Below are positions 10,232-20,054 of a stretch of DNA of 64,000 nt, piece by piece. Source of the stretch: an uncultured virus (IMG/VR IMGVR_UViG_3300009786_004548) (lineage: Duplodnaviria > Heunggongvirae > Uroviricota > Caudoviricetes); the IMG/VR virus record IMGVR_UViG_3300009786_004548, one strand, 5' to 3'. Every line of letters begins with the position of its first letter. The first letter of the stretch is position 1. Under the pieces are notes generated by a model. It was given only the letters and a program-made list of their open reading frames with translations. It did not search any database and was not told where the DNA came from. The position numbers and the translations under genes were made by a program.

Positions 10232-12564
10232 TCGTCTATCACCAGTTTAATTTTAGAAATTGCCACATCTTTGTCATAATACTTTTTTTGTCTTTTTTTA
10301 GCCCTCTCTGAATATCTAGTCATTAACTCTTTGTCATTAGACAACTTCAAAATAGAATTAGCTAGAGATTCAGAATTCATTTCATTCACTATTTCTCCAT
10401 CATCTTCAAGAGCTTCAGGAATACCTCCCCCGTCCTTAAAAGCAACAACTGGTTTTCCTAAAGCCATAGCTTCTAGGGCCACTAAAGGGAAAGGATCTTC
10501 TCTAGAAGGCAAAACAAAGATATCGGCAGATTTCAAATAAGGGAAAGGATTTTCTTTAGGTCCTAAGAAAACAAGATCTTCACTTGCATCAATAATTTTT
10601 GATATTATATCCTTATCCTCAATCACTCCTCCAATCCAAATAAATTTAAAATTGTTAAAACCTTTATTTTTTAAAATTTGTTGAGATTCAATAAAAATAT
10701 CTATCCCTTTTCTTACACAAGCAGTTCCAATACCAATAACGATAATGTCATCTTTTTCTTTGTTTATTTCTTCATTTACTTGACACAAAGTTTTTTGAAC
10801 AGATTTTTCATTAACTTCTTTTGAAGACACAAATGCATTAATCAAATCAACATCAACAGGATTACATCTTAATTTTTTAACAATAAAACTACGGGTAGCC
10901 TCTGAAACAGCTATAAATCTATCTGCGCTTTTAGCAAATAACTTTAAAACATTATTGGGTCGAAAAGTGAATTTGTTTGTACGTCGATTTGCTATCCCTA
11001 GTAAAACAGGGAAGCTTGATTCAAGTTCATGAATATGAAAAATTACTGGTATATCCAATTCTTTTGCTGCAATAGCATACTCATAAGAAACAATAGTATT
11101 GACATAAACTAAATCTGGCCTTTCTTTTAAAAGAAGATTACATGCACTTAAACCATTTGGATAAATAACATCAAAATTTTCTTTAAATTCTTGATGCATA
11201 GAACCACTTGTGTTCTCAAGATTTTCCAAACTAACCATTTTTACTTCAAAGTATTTTTTCATTTCTTTGGCTACGTCAAATACTACTTTGGGAGCACCAG
11301 TTCTACTCTCTGAATGATTGATGAATAATATCTTTTTAACTTTTCTTTCAGGAGACATAGTCTTAAATGTCGCTAAATCTAAATAAAGTTTACTCATCCG
11401 CCAGTTGCCCAATCCAACATAAGATCCATCAATTACTTTCCTCTTTATAAGCGGATATCCATCATCAACTAATTTTTCCCAATAATTTATAGTAAGATCC
11501 ATACCGAACGGTTCACACTCTGGCACAACATTAGGCGACTTTAAATCATTAACTGAAAAATAAGATCCTATCTTCATTTCTGATTCCATAAAGAACTGAG
11601 AAAGTCCTACTTCGCATCGATTAACTATCTTTCTTCTAAATTTCTCTGTAGGACGGATAAGATAATCTTCGCCAAATCTAATATGTTCAAAAAACGATTC
11701 TAATCGCTCGATTCCCTTTTTTTCAAATACCAAAAAATGACTTTGAATATGATAATTTCCAACAGAGGTACGACCGTACCCATAATTGTTGTCAGTCAAT
11801 CCCCACAATTCATTCTCTTCTTGGTTAGCCCACTCAAAAATAGAATTAAATGAACCTAATTTCACAACCTCGTTGCTGTCGTTTACGAAGGCTATTCTTT
11901 CATATTCTCCTAATTCTATATTTTGTAAGGCCTGATAAAAAAAGCCGAAATCATACCCTACATTCTCAAAGCGCATAATGGGAACGCCATTCCATTCAGG
12001 GCCTTTATAATTTGAAGAAATAACAGTATCTGTAAAAAATGGCATTAAGGCTTTTACATATTTCTTAACGTATTCAGGCAAATGAAGACAAGGTTCTTCT
12101 CGATTGTAGTGCACAAATATCAAAAGTGATTTCAAAGGATGAATAGAACCTTGTTTCGACACAGCAAAACTCAAATTTCCATCATTTTCATCCGTCAAAT
12201 ATTTAAGCTTAAAATCATGATCATCTAAAAGCTTATGCATCACACTACGCACACTAACGGCGTAAGAATCTCCCCCATGTCGGTAATTACTTCCACAAAC
12301 AAGACCACCAACCTTGACCTTTTTAGAACAAACATTCAAATCTTCTTTGAATGTTTCTATATCTGAATTTAAATAAATCCAATCAAAGAATTCATCAGGG
12401 AACTTTTTTAAAGACTTAACTGAGGTGCACAGTGCTGATGCTGATGGCAAATGATCCCTAATGTTCTCAGTAAAATGACCACTGCCAATTTCTGCCCCCA
12501 ATGTCCCATCAGGGATCAATCTTAATAATTCCTCTTTATTGGAAACAATTTTTTCAATTCTCAT
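10216..12564 (-). CDS. Fusion: methyltransferase-like + RgpF-like + GT4 glycosyltransferase
   Basis: AEIG/FDWIY; NVGYDFG, NDS, HIQSHFL; PSREDPFPLVALEAMALGKPVV. Confidence 0.85.
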   Translation of the reverse strand: MRIEKIVSNKEELLRLIPDGTLGAEIGSGHFTENIRDHLPSASALCTSVKSLKKFPDEFFDWIYLNSDIETFKEDLNVCSKKVKVGGLVCGSNYRHGGDSYAVSVRSVMHKLLDDHDFKLKYLTDENDGNLSFAVSKQGSIHPLKSLLIFVHYNREEPCLHLPEYVKKYVKALMPFFTDTVISSNYKGPEWNGVPIMRFENVGYDFGFFYQALQNIELGEYERIAFVNDSNEVVKLGSFNSIFEWANQEENELWGLTDNNYGYGRTSVGNYHIQSHFLVFEKKGIERLESFFEHIRFGEDYLIRPTEKFRRKIVNRCEVGLSQFFMESEMKIGSYFSVNDLKSPNVVPECEPFGMDLTINYWEKLVDDGYPLIKRKVIDGSYVGLGNWRMSKLYLDLATFKTMSPERKVKKILFINHSESRTGAPKVVFDVAKEMKKYFEVKMVSLENLENTSGSMHQEFKENFDVIYPNGLSACNLLLKERPDLVYVNTIVSYEYAIAAKELDIPVIFHIHELESSFPVLLGIANRRTNKFTFRPNNVLKLFAKSADRFIAVSEATRSFIVKKLRCNPVDVDLINAFVSSKEVNEKSVQKTLCQVNEEINKEKDDIIVIGIGTACVRKGIDIFIESQQILKNKGFNNFKFIWIGGVIEDKDIISKIIDASEDLVFLGPKENPFPYLKSADIFVLPSREDPFPLVALEAMALGKPVVAFKDGGGIPEALEDDGEIVNEMNSESLANSILKLSNDKELMTRYSERAKKRQKKYYDKDVAISKIKLVIDECLKV

Positions 12565-12590
12565 ACATTATTTAACCATCCAAGCCCAAC

Positions 12591-12623
12591 AAAAAAGGCC
12601 CAATTGCGAAAGCAATTGGGCCT
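12591..12623 (-). terminator. Intrinsic terminator
   Basis: 12-bp stem aggcccaattgc/gcaattgggcct followed by a T run on the minus strand. Confidence 0.85.
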
Positions 12624-12648
12624 CTTAAAAACACTTGGTTTTGAAGAC

Positions 12649-13194
12649 TTACTTTTTGTAATAGTAGTAAGTCGGACGAATTGGATATACCTCAATTCTA
12701 TGGGTGGGTCTATACACCGGAGGTCTAAACATTCCGTGTATCCAATCTCCGGTACCCACAACCACATCGTGGCCAAATTCAAATGTGCCCTCAACGGCGC
12801 TGCCTCCAAGATCCAGAGTCTCAACAACAGCACGTTTGCCAAATCGACCAACGCCGCAGACTAAGTTTTTGCCTCCGCCAAAAATTCTTTTTCCCAACCA
12901 CAATGGCTCACAATCATAAACAATGATTGTTCGCACCGGCTTCAAATGCTCAGGTTGACCAGTTGGAACTGGAGGCCGATCCAACGGGGGCGGAGCCAAA
13001 GCTGGAGACTGATCTGGGAACTGATCCAATGTCGGCGGGCTTGTCAAAATGACAGGAACTCCTAATTCCACCACTAACGGATCAGTAGAAACCGGAGGAT
13101 CAGCCGCCACCGCAGGCATAGCCAACCCCAAAAACGCAACGCTAAAAATAAAACTTCTCATTTCGTTCCTTTCTAAAGAACATAAGACACTCAC
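12649..13194 (-). CDS. Secreted Pro-rich hypothetical protein
   Basis: Signal peptide MRSFIFSVAFLGLAMPAVA. Confidence 0.7.
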   Translation of the reverse strand: MSVLCSLERNEMRSFIFSVAFLGLAMPAVAADPPVSTDPLVVELGVPVILTSPPTLDQFPDQSPALAPPPLDRPPVPTGQPEHLKPVRTIIVYDCEPLWLGKRIFGGGKNLVCGVGRFGKRAVVETLDLGGSAVEGTFEFGHDVVVGTGDWIHGMFRPPVYRPTHRIEVYPIRPTYYYYKK

Positions 13195-13385
13195 TTCTTC
13201 TGTTTGTCTTTCAACAAATCAAAACTACCTCTAGTCCATTCCATATTTTTATCTTCCCTAGAAAACCATTCTTCTGTTAGAGACAAAATGGCCTCAGAAA
13301 AAGACTTTCCATCACCGTAATAAGGGTGTTCAACAAACCAAGCAAGGCAATCTGCTGCTTTGTTTGAAATTTTAATTTTTCTCAT
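13191..13385 (-). CDS. Hypothetical protein
   Basis: Operon packing. Confidence 0.55.
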   Translation of the reverse strand: MRKIKISNKAADCLAWFVEHPYYGDGKSFSEAILSLTEEWFSREDKNMEWTRGSFDLLKDKQKK

Positions 13386-13428
13386 CTACTTTACCCACTA
13401 TCATAGTGTCCCTTTCTAAAAACACAGT

Positions 13429-13704
13429 CTACTCTGCTGTGTCCACAAATATCTTAAACAAATTGCCCGTACCCATCTTGCGTTCTAGCAAATTAATTTT
13501 TTGTCTTTCATTAAACTCGTCCCAACCTTTAGACGTTCGTATTTCCATGGATTCCACCATATCTATATTTTCCATGAAGTCGGCAAATTCTTTACGAAAC
13601 TGAAACTCTAATTCATTTTCGTTAGGTTGACGAAATCCTCGCTGCTCTGCTCGTCCTTTCAAAGATTCCATATCAGGAAATGACATCGGCATAATTATCT
13701 CCAA
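13429..13704 (-). CDS. Hypothetical protein
   Basis: Operon packing. Confidence 0.65.
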   Translation of the reverse strand: MEIIMPMSFPDMESLKGRAEQRGFRQPNENELEFQFRKEFADFMENIDMVESMEIRTSKGWDEFNERQKINLLERKMGTGNLFKIFVDTAE

Positions 13705-14141
13705 AATCTCACACGATAAATAGAACCACTTTTACTCTTACACCAACCATCCGCCACCACGATTGATCCAACAATGCAAGTGCTGACATTTTTATAATTA
13801 CTGGCCCCGCTGACGCCAATTCCCTCAGCAATTGGTGCTGCTGGGACTTTAGCAATCGAATGTATCCCATGGGTCAAAACTCGATGCTTCGCCATTGCCT
13901 CAGCCCTTAGTTGGGCAATGTCTTGCAGAGATAATTTTTTACCATCAAACTTATAACGCTTTTCTGTAGAGTACTTTGTCGGTTTGTATTCTCCATAAGA
14001 CCCACTGTAACTGTAGCTGTAACTTCTGCGTCTTCTAAATATTTGAGCATCTGAAATACTGGTTCCAATAAAAAACAACAACAAGAATGCCAACATACTT
14101 TTTGTTAAGTTACTCATCGCTTCCCTTTCTTTCGAGTTCAA
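13695..14141 (-). CDS. Secreted degenerate CAP/SCP-like protein
   Basis: Signal peptide; AQLRAEAMAK..LTH, AEGIG, terminal G.IY.V strand. Confidence 0.55.
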   Translation of the reverse strand: MNSKEREAMSNLTKSMLAFLLLFFIGTSISDAQIFRRRRSYSYSYSGSYGEYKPTKYSTEKRYKFDGKKLSLQDIAQLRAEAMAKHRVLTHGIHSIAKVPAAPIAEGIGVSGASNYKNVSTCIVGSIVVADGWCKSKSGSIYRVRFWR

Positions 14142-14195
14142 TCATAATCTGAAGTACAAACTAAGTCCTTGAAGCTTTAATCCAATATGCAGTTT

Positions 14196-14738
14196 TCATA
14201 ACAAGAATTCATACTTCCGTATCAAGATTTTATTGTCTTTTCTAATTTTTGTAAGAGTTTCGATAAGTATTTGAGACACTCTTTGCTTACTGAGTCCATA
14301 TTTTTTAGCCAACGCCACTCCCTGAATGCCCAAACAATAATACGACTTAATAATATCTAAATCTCTATCTGTCAAATCAGCACTGTCTAACAATTTAAAA
14401 AGCAAACTTTCTTTTTCATGAAACTCAAGAATATATTGATCAATTAAATTTTCATCAATTAATTCTTCTGTCATGTCTTCATCAACACACCCAAATCCAA
14501 GTTGTCTTTTTCTATACCTCTTCTGCCTTCCTCTAATTACCTCTCGATAACAAACAGTGTACGCAAAGGTAGAAAATTTTGCTTTAGTAGGATCATATCC
14601 TCTTTCAGCGTTAATCAGTCCTAAGCAAGCATCTGAGAACTCTTCCGTGTCTTGTATACTCACACCATTAGGAGTCCTAGTCCTTTGCACAACAGCATAA
14701 GCTAGTCCCATATTGTCCGCAGCATTATTACTTATCAC
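14196..14738 (-). CDS. Small sigma-70-family factor (regions 2 and 4)
   Basis: GLINAERGYDPTKAKFSTFAY; LAKKYGLSKQRVSQI. Confidence 0.88.
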   Translation of the reverse strand: MISNNAADNMGLAYAVVQRTRTPNGVSIQDTEEFSDACLGLINAERGYDPTKAKFSTFAYTVCYREVIRGRQKRYRKRQLGFGCVDEDMTEELIDENLIDQYILEFHEKESLLFKLLDSADLTDRDLDIIKSYYCLGIQGVALAKKYGLSKQRVSQILIETLTKIRKDNKILIRKYEFLL

Positions 14739-14747
14739 AGAATCACC

Positions 14748-14933
14748 TTACCCATTAAGAACAATGCTTGCCGGGTCAAACGGGCGTAATGACCGTTCCG
14801 CTTTAGGAGACTCCTTCGGCTGCACAACCGGACGTATAATCGGGGTAGGTTCGCAAAGAGGAACATGAACACCAAAAGAAAAGGCGCAGCCACTAGAAAA
14901 CAAAAGCGGCAATAACATCAATAACTTTCTCAT
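14748..14933 (-). CDS. Small lipoprotein
   Basis: Lipobox FSSGC; AAGGAG RBS. Confidence 0.7.
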   Translation of the reverse strand: MRKLLMLLPLLFSSGCAFSFGVHVPLCEPTPIIRPVVQPKESPKAERSLRPFDPASIVLNG

Positions 14934-15012
14934 CTATCATCTCCTTATAAAAAAGGGCAGGGATATCCGTATCTAAAAGAGCAAACAAATCCGTCCTTGC
15001 TCTCCTACCCTT

Positions 15013-15040
15013 ATTCTACGTCCGCCAGTGCCCTTGTAAA
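15013..15040 (-). promoter_or_regulatory. TTTACA-N16-TAGAAT promoter
   Basis: Repeated motif; upstream of the first sigma operon. Confidence 0.75.
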
Positions 15041-15116
15041 ACAATATTACATGAATTTATATCAAACATTTATACTGAGGTGGGGTTTAAAACGATTAGG
15101 CTGTTTAGAGAAATAC

Positions 15117-16022
15117 TCATCTGGAATAAGTACGATTTCGCAGATCATTACTCTTCAGAAGCCCCTCTATTATAGGAACCATTATCTTTTCATCCTTCAA
15201 AGAGGTTGTAGGCCCTAAAGATATCCACGCAGGAGTAGTTTCAATTCTAAAATTTTTAGTTGCATATCTAATAATTCCATTGTGGTCAATAATACAAGCA
15301 GTAGGCCAAGCTTGAATCTGACATCGCCTTGATATCATCCCATTTGTACCATGAGGGTTAAGGCGAAAGTCGTTTTGTCCAGAATTTATGCCTCCATCCC
15401 AAAAAGATCTCAACATGCCATCCGAAGTTCCAAAACTAGGAATTAAACCGCCCTTAATTCTAGACTTTAACGTGTCTATGTCTTTATCGCTATTTACTCC
15501 TATAATAACAAATGGCTTATCTTTAAATGTTTTAGCGAGCGACCGCTCGTGTGGGTACAAATACCTACAAGGGCCTCACCAATCTCCCCAAAAAACCAAC
15601 ATCACAACATTGCCTCTATAGTCACTGAGGCTAAATGACTCTCCGTCTAAGTCCTTACCGACAATATCAATTCTTCCGCCGGGAAACCTACCTGCAATGG
15701 CAATGCCCAAGTGCCCATATTTAACAATAAACTCCACTTTTTTTCCTTGCCGTTCAACCACCAGCGTAATGCTTTCATTTTTTTGTCGAAGACAAACACT
15801 CTGCGCATCGTCAAACGATCCAAGTGTTGTAATTTTCTGGCCGTTATAACTCACCAACACATCTTTAGCTTGCAACCCAACATCAGAAGCTTGGCTGTCC
15901 GGCTGAACTAAAATTATTTCGCTTTGCAACTGGTTAGGATTTTCTTCTGCCTCAATGGGAGCTAAATCAGCGCAAGAAACAGAACTTAAAAACATTAACA
16001 AAACTATCAAAAATTTCTTCAT
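15117..16022 (-). CDS. Exported PDZ + TlpA/redoxin selenoprotein (Sec at TGA 15576-15578)
   Basis: Two tracked ORFs share a frame: FWGDW-TGA-GPCRYLYPHERSL; cis-Pro motif AWPT downstream. Confidence 0.88.
15536..15549 (-). promoter_or_regulatory. Putative bacterial SECIS apical hairpin
   Basis: CGAGC-GGTC-GCTCG; loop starts with G about 31 nt after the UGA. Confidence 0.65.
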
Positions 16023-16026
16023 TTTA

Positions 16027-16299
16027 CTATTCCGTATAAAAAGTTTCTACATTGTACCCGCCAAAACCATTCTTGGCTCTAAACTTAGCCTGATAACCAA
16101 CTTCGCCACCATTTCGACCCGGTCTAATTAGCTCTTCAGAAATAATTTCTAGACTATCTGGGTCTTTAAGCTGCTCCTTCAGCCGTTGTCGCCCAACATA
16201 CTTAACGGAAAAATCATCAGGCGAACTTGATGTGCTTGATGCATCGCATCCAATTAAACAACATCCAATTAACAATGAAACAAAAATCTTATACATCAT
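16027..16299 (-). CDS. Lipoprotein
   Basis: Lipobox LIGC; LKDPDS...FRAKNGFGGY motif; start reassigned to MMYK. Confidence 0.7.
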   Translation of the reverse strand: MMYKIFVSLLIGCCLIGCDASSTSSSPDDFSVKYVGRQRLKEQLKDPDSLEIISEELIRPGRNGGEVGYQAKFRAKNGFGGYNVETFYTE

Positions 16300-16726
16300 C
16301 TGACCTCTTTCCAAACTTTTTAGTTTTTCTAGATAATTGTGACAACAAAGAACTTCCTTTATTGTCATGACAAGTAATGGCTTTATATGACGACCCTAAT
16401 GAAAGCATAATGAACAAAATTCCTTTTTTCTTATGATGCAAAACACTGTATCTTCCCCTATAACCGTGTTTTTCATAGATGCGTTCCATAAAATGGGGAA
16501 AGTTACGATACGATTTTAATTCAACAGACTCATCAATCAATTTAAATATTTCTTTCCTAACTTTTCTTCCTTTGAAATAAAGGTGTTCTTCAACATCTAG
16601 CATAAGTTCTTTACAACGAGAACAATCCTTTTTGCACTTGTCCAAGTGTTTATATTTTTTTTCTCCACTAAATCTTTCAACATATCTTTGTAACATATGT
16701 TTTGTAAAAAACGGTTTTCCTGACAT
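16289..16726 (-). CDS. Hypothetical basic protein
   Basis: 145-aa ORF with GGAG RBS. Confidence 0.7.
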   Translation of the reverse strand: MSGKPFFTKHMLQRYVERFSGEKKYKHLDKCKKDCSRCKELMLDVEEHLYFKGRKVRKEIFKLIDESVELKSYRNFPHFMERIYEKHGYRGRYSVLHHKKKGILFIMLSLGSSYKAITCHDNKGSSLLSQLSRKTKKFGKRSDDV

Positions 16727-16788
16727 TGCCTGTCTCCATTCTATAGGTTCCTTCTATAGTATTTTCTACACAAACTCCTTTATACAAT

Positions 16789-16821
16789 AAAAAAGACCCG
16801 CTGTGCTATACAGCGGGTCTT
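16789..16821 (-). terminator. Intrinsic terminator
   Basis: aagacccgctgt/acagcgggtctt stem plus T run. Confidence 0.85.
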
Positions 16822-16872
16822 GGAAAGAGCTTAACATGAAGGCATTCAAAACCACACACTAAACACCTTCCA

Positions 16873-17136
16873 TTAAGCGGACTTCTTCTCGGCAGAAATG
16901 ATCTTACGAGCTTGAGCAACTGAGATATTGTTCTTAGAAGCAACTCTCTTCACTTTGCTCCAATACCCCTTCTGTCGCTTGGAAATCTTAGAAGCGGAGC
17001 TTGTAGAGAACTGAATCGTTCCCAACTCTTCACTACAACCAGACACATTAATGCTAAACCCAGCCGAAGCATATTTGTCAGCATTCTTAATCACACAAAT
17101 AAGCGACTGGACTTCTTCTTGCGTAAGCTTACTCAT
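16873..17136 (-). CDS. Small basic protein, possibly nucleic-acid binding
   Basis: Lys/Arg-rich C-terminus; GGAG RBS; own terminator. Confidence 0.7.
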   Translation of the reverse strand: MSKLTQEEVQSLICVIKNADKYASAGFSINVSGCSEELGTIQFSTSSASKISKRQKGYWSKVKRVASKNNISVAQARKIISAEKKSA

Positions 17137-17192
17137 CTTCTTCAGTCTCCATCATCAGGGTTTAGAAATCAAGCATAACGACATACATGCCG

Positions 17193-17390
17193 TTACTTAG
17201 TATCAGTAGCAGCAGGCTCTTCAGCAGCAGGCTCTTCTTCAGTAGCAGCAGGGGCTTCTTCTCCATTCGTTACGGCAGGAGGATCGACTGCTGCGGGGGT
17301 ATCATCCGAATCCGCATTACAACCAGTCAAAAAGGAAGCAAATGTAACCAACGCCAGCACAGACAATATTCTCATCGTTTCGTTCTCCAT
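17193..17390 (-). CDS. Acidic low-complexity lipoprotein
   Basis: Lipobox LTGC; EEPAA repeats. Confidence 0.75.
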   Translation of the reverse strand: MENETMRILSVLALVTFASFLTGCNADSDDTPAAVDPPAVTNGEEAPAATEEEPAAEEPAATDTK

Positions 17391-17444
17391 AAAAATTGTT
17401 TAAGTTGTATGTAAGTGCTAACTTACATCAACCATGTCACTTAC

Positions 17445-17472
17445 ATTCTACATAAAATATACAAATTGTAAA
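17445..17472 (-). promoter_or_regulatory. TTTACA-N16-TAGAAT promoter
   Basis: Repeated motif; TAGAATGTAAGTG is identical to the clpX copy. Confidence 0.75.
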
Positions 17473-17486
17473 ATAGAAAATACTAT

Positions 17487-17711
17487 CTAAAAGTGTTTTT
17501 CTATTTTATCTAAAACGTGGTCAGTGAGAAAAAAAACATCATCTCCATAAGGCCCTTCATAACCATGCTCGTTTATCGTAATGACATCCGCCAAGCCATC
17601 CGGGCGATCAATCATTTCTTTAGCCGCCAAATTCAATGCTGACTCTATTGAGTTTGCATTTTTAATCTTCCTATATTTCCCTGATATTATATAAAATTTT
17701 CCCATTTCCAA
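17487..17711 (-). CDS. Hypothetical protein
   Basis: ORF with AAGGAA RBS. Confidence 0.6.
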   Translation of the reverse strand: MEMGKFYIISGKYRKIKNANSIESALNLAAKEMIDRPDGLADVITINEHGYEGPYGDDVFFLTDHVLDKIEKHF

Positions 17712-17754
17712 AAGTTCCTTCTTTTAGACCACCAATAAAAGCACTTCATGTCTG

Positions 17755-18174
17755 TTACCTAGGGGACCAAATAGCCCCACATTGTTCTAAAGAACTGACA
17801 TCGTGAAGATAAACATAGGATATTGTAGCCTTTTTTTCCAAAAAGTCTACTGTTTCTGCGGAGAAAGGAAGATTAACCAAAGAAAAATCAGACAGATTTA
17901 CAATTGATCGCTTATACAGACCCACATCAACGCCTTCAATCTGATCCAATCTACTCATGACAGGATCATCAACTTCATATAGCTCCCCCCAAACTCCACC
18001 ACTTCTGGCTGTACCCTCAACGTGCAACCGTTCTGCTAAGGCAGGGTATGTTCCACAATCATATAATTTATAGTTCGGGGTGGTTTTTGCCACTCCAATA
18101 AACCGACTAGATTCTAGAACAGACGACCTAGAACAACCTTTCTTGAGCGTTCCATAAACAAATAAAAGATGCAT
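17755..18174 (-). CDS. Gamma-glutamylcyclotransferase (AIG2-like)
   Basis: LFVYGTLKKG, GELYEV, LDQIEG..LY.R. Confidence 0.92.
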   Translation of the reverse strand: MHLLFVYGTLKKGCSRSSVLESSRFIGVAKTTPNYKLYDCGTYPALAERLHVEGTARSGGVWGELYEVDDPVMSRLDQIEGVDVGLYKRSIVNLSDFSLVNLPFSAETVDFLEKKATISYVYLHDVSSLEQCGAIWSPR

Positions 18175-18218
18175 TTTTTTATTCTACAGGAAATTCACCA
18201 CTCGATAATTGCAAAAAA

Positions 18219-18404
18219 TTACTTTTCATAGAAAAAATTTAGCAAAACATCCGTAGCAAAGTAAATGCCTAAAACAAACGAAGATAAGATAGCACCCAAT
18301 ACAAAGCTACCAATCAAAACAGCTAAAATGCTTGAAATCCGTTGAGAAAATGATAAAGGTTTCGCACTAAAATCAAAAACCAGTTTTTTGTCTTTCCTCA
18401 ACAT
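18219..18404 (-). CDS. Small membrane protein
   Basis: One long hydrophobic segment. Confidence 0.55.
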   Translation of the reverse strand: MLRKDKKLVFDFSAKPLSFSQRISSILAVLIGSFVLGAILSSFVLGIYFATDVLLNFFYEK

Positions 18405-18624
18405 CCAAATTGTCCTTAAAAGATCTATACAAAGTTTGTAGCGCTATCAACCTTGGATCTAAAGTAGGCTCTAAACAACTATCGTCCTCTTCAACCAAGT
18501 CGAAAAATTTCAATAAACTATCAGAAACAATTTTATCTTCTTCCCAATTTAATTGAAAGGGGAACATTGTTCTGCTTAAAGCTTTGTGTCGATCAATGTT
18601 ATAAGATTGCACTAGCATCTCCAA
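18373..18624 (-). CDS. Hypothetical protein
   Basis: ORF after clpX; start uncertain. Confidence 0.55.
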   Translation of the reverse strand: MEMLVQSYNIDRHKALSRTMFPFQLNWEEDKIVSDSLLKFFDLVEEDDSCLEPTLDPRLIALQTLYRSFKDNLDVEERQKTGF

Positions 18625-18673
18625 TTGTTGTCTAACTCATTGTAGTTCGTAACCCCATCACGCCCACACTACG

Positions 18674-19945
18674 CTACGCTGCCTCCGCAGAAGCGAAGAT
18701 AGAGTCTTCCCCACGAACTATCTTATCTGTAATAACAAAATGCTTTCCTTTAGTCTTCTGGTCAGGCAATTCATACATCACATCCAACATCACAGATTCA
18801 ACCACTCCACGAATCGCCCTTGCGCCAGTTTTGTTCTGTTTAGCCTTACAAATTATTTCTTTAATAGCATCGTCAGTAAACTCTAAAGTAGCGCCTTCAA
18901 ATTGAAACAACTTTTGATATTGTTTCACAATAGCGTTTTTAGGCTCAGTAATAACTCTGATTAAATCGTCTTCTGTGAGTTCCTTAAGAACACTAATAAC
19001 GGGCAATCTGCCAATCAACTCAGGAATAAAACCAAAACTATGAAGGTCTTCACTAGTCAACTCCCCAGAATCAACCTCAACCTTTTCCGATCTACTAGCG
19101 CCAAAGCCAATAGACTTTTTATCAGTCCTCTTGGCAATAATATCTTCTATCCCTGAAAAAGCACCACCACAAATAAATAAAATATTAGATGTGTCAACTT
19201 GAATATATTGCTGTTCTGGATGTTTCCGGCCTCCTTGCGGGGGAACGTTGGCCGTAGTGCCTTCTAACAGCTTCAAAAGAGACTGCTGAACGCCTTCCCC
19301 ACTAACGTCACGAGTTATTGACACATTATTATTAGTAGAACCAATTTTATCAATTTCATCAATATAAATAATGCCTCTCTGTGCTGCCTCTACATCAAAA
19401 TCAGCAGAATGCAAAAGCTTTAAAACAAGATTTTCTACATCCTCACCAACATACCCCGCTTCGGTTAATGTGGTGGCATCACCAATGGCAAAAGGAACAT
19501 CAAGTTTTTCCGCAAGAGTCTTTGCTAACAAAGTTTTACCACACCCTGTTGGTCCGGTCATCAAAATATTGCTCTTATCAATTATAACATCTTTTAAATC
19601 ATCACTAGGATCACACTTTTCATTACTAATCAATCGCTTGTAATGATTATGAACTGCCACCGCCAAAACTTTTTTGGCGTGATCTTGGCCAATCACATGT
19701 TCATCCAGGTAGCTAACAAGAGCCTTTGGATTAGGCAGCTTAAGTTCATTTGCAGGAACAGCATCTTGTACTTCTGTAGGGTTATTTCTACGAATAATTT
19801 CCACACACGTTTCAACACAATCGGCACAAATATAGACGTTTCCACTTTTATTGTTACCCTCAATCAAAGGGCCTGTTTCTTTGTAGTTTTTCCCACAAAA
19901 ATCACATTGTTTTGTTTGTTTTGGTTGTTTTGTTTTGTCAGACAT
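18674..19945 (-). CDS. clpX: Clp protease ATP-binding subunit ClpX
   Basis: C4 zinc domain, [24 protein letters not shown] and IGF loops. Confidence 0.97.
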   Translation of the reverse strand: MSDKTKQPKQTKQCDFCGKNYKETGPLIEGNNKSGNVYICADCVETCVEIIRRNNPTEVQDAVPANELKLPNPKALVSYLDEHVIGQDHAKKVLAVAVHNHYKRLISNEKCDPSDDLKDVIIDKSNILMTGPTGCGKTLLAKTLAEKLDVPFAIGDATTLTEAGYVGEDVENLVLKLLHSADFDVEAAQRGIIYIDEIDKIGSTNNNVSITRDVSGEGVQQSLLKLLEGTTANVPPQGGRKHPEQQYIQVDTSNILFICGGAFSGIEDIIAKRTDKKSIGFGASRSEKVEVDSGELTSEDLHSFGFIPELIGRLPVISVLKELTEDDLIRVITEPKNAIVKQYQKLFQFEGATLEFTDDAIKEIICKAKQNKTGARAIRGVVESVMLDVMYELPDQKTKGKHFVITDKIVRGEDSIFASAEAA

Positions 19946-20001
19946 CTGATTTCCTTAATCTAAATATTTTTGGGCCAATGAATATTTTCCCCTACACTTA
20001 C

Positions 20002-20029
20002 ATTCTACTTCCAATAAACAAACTGTAAA
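20002..20029 (-). promoter_or_regulatory. TTTACA-N16-TAGAAT promoter
   Basis: Repeated motif upstream of clpX. Confidence 0.75.
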
Positions 20030-20054
20030 GATAAATGAGACAAGGAGTTGCAAC

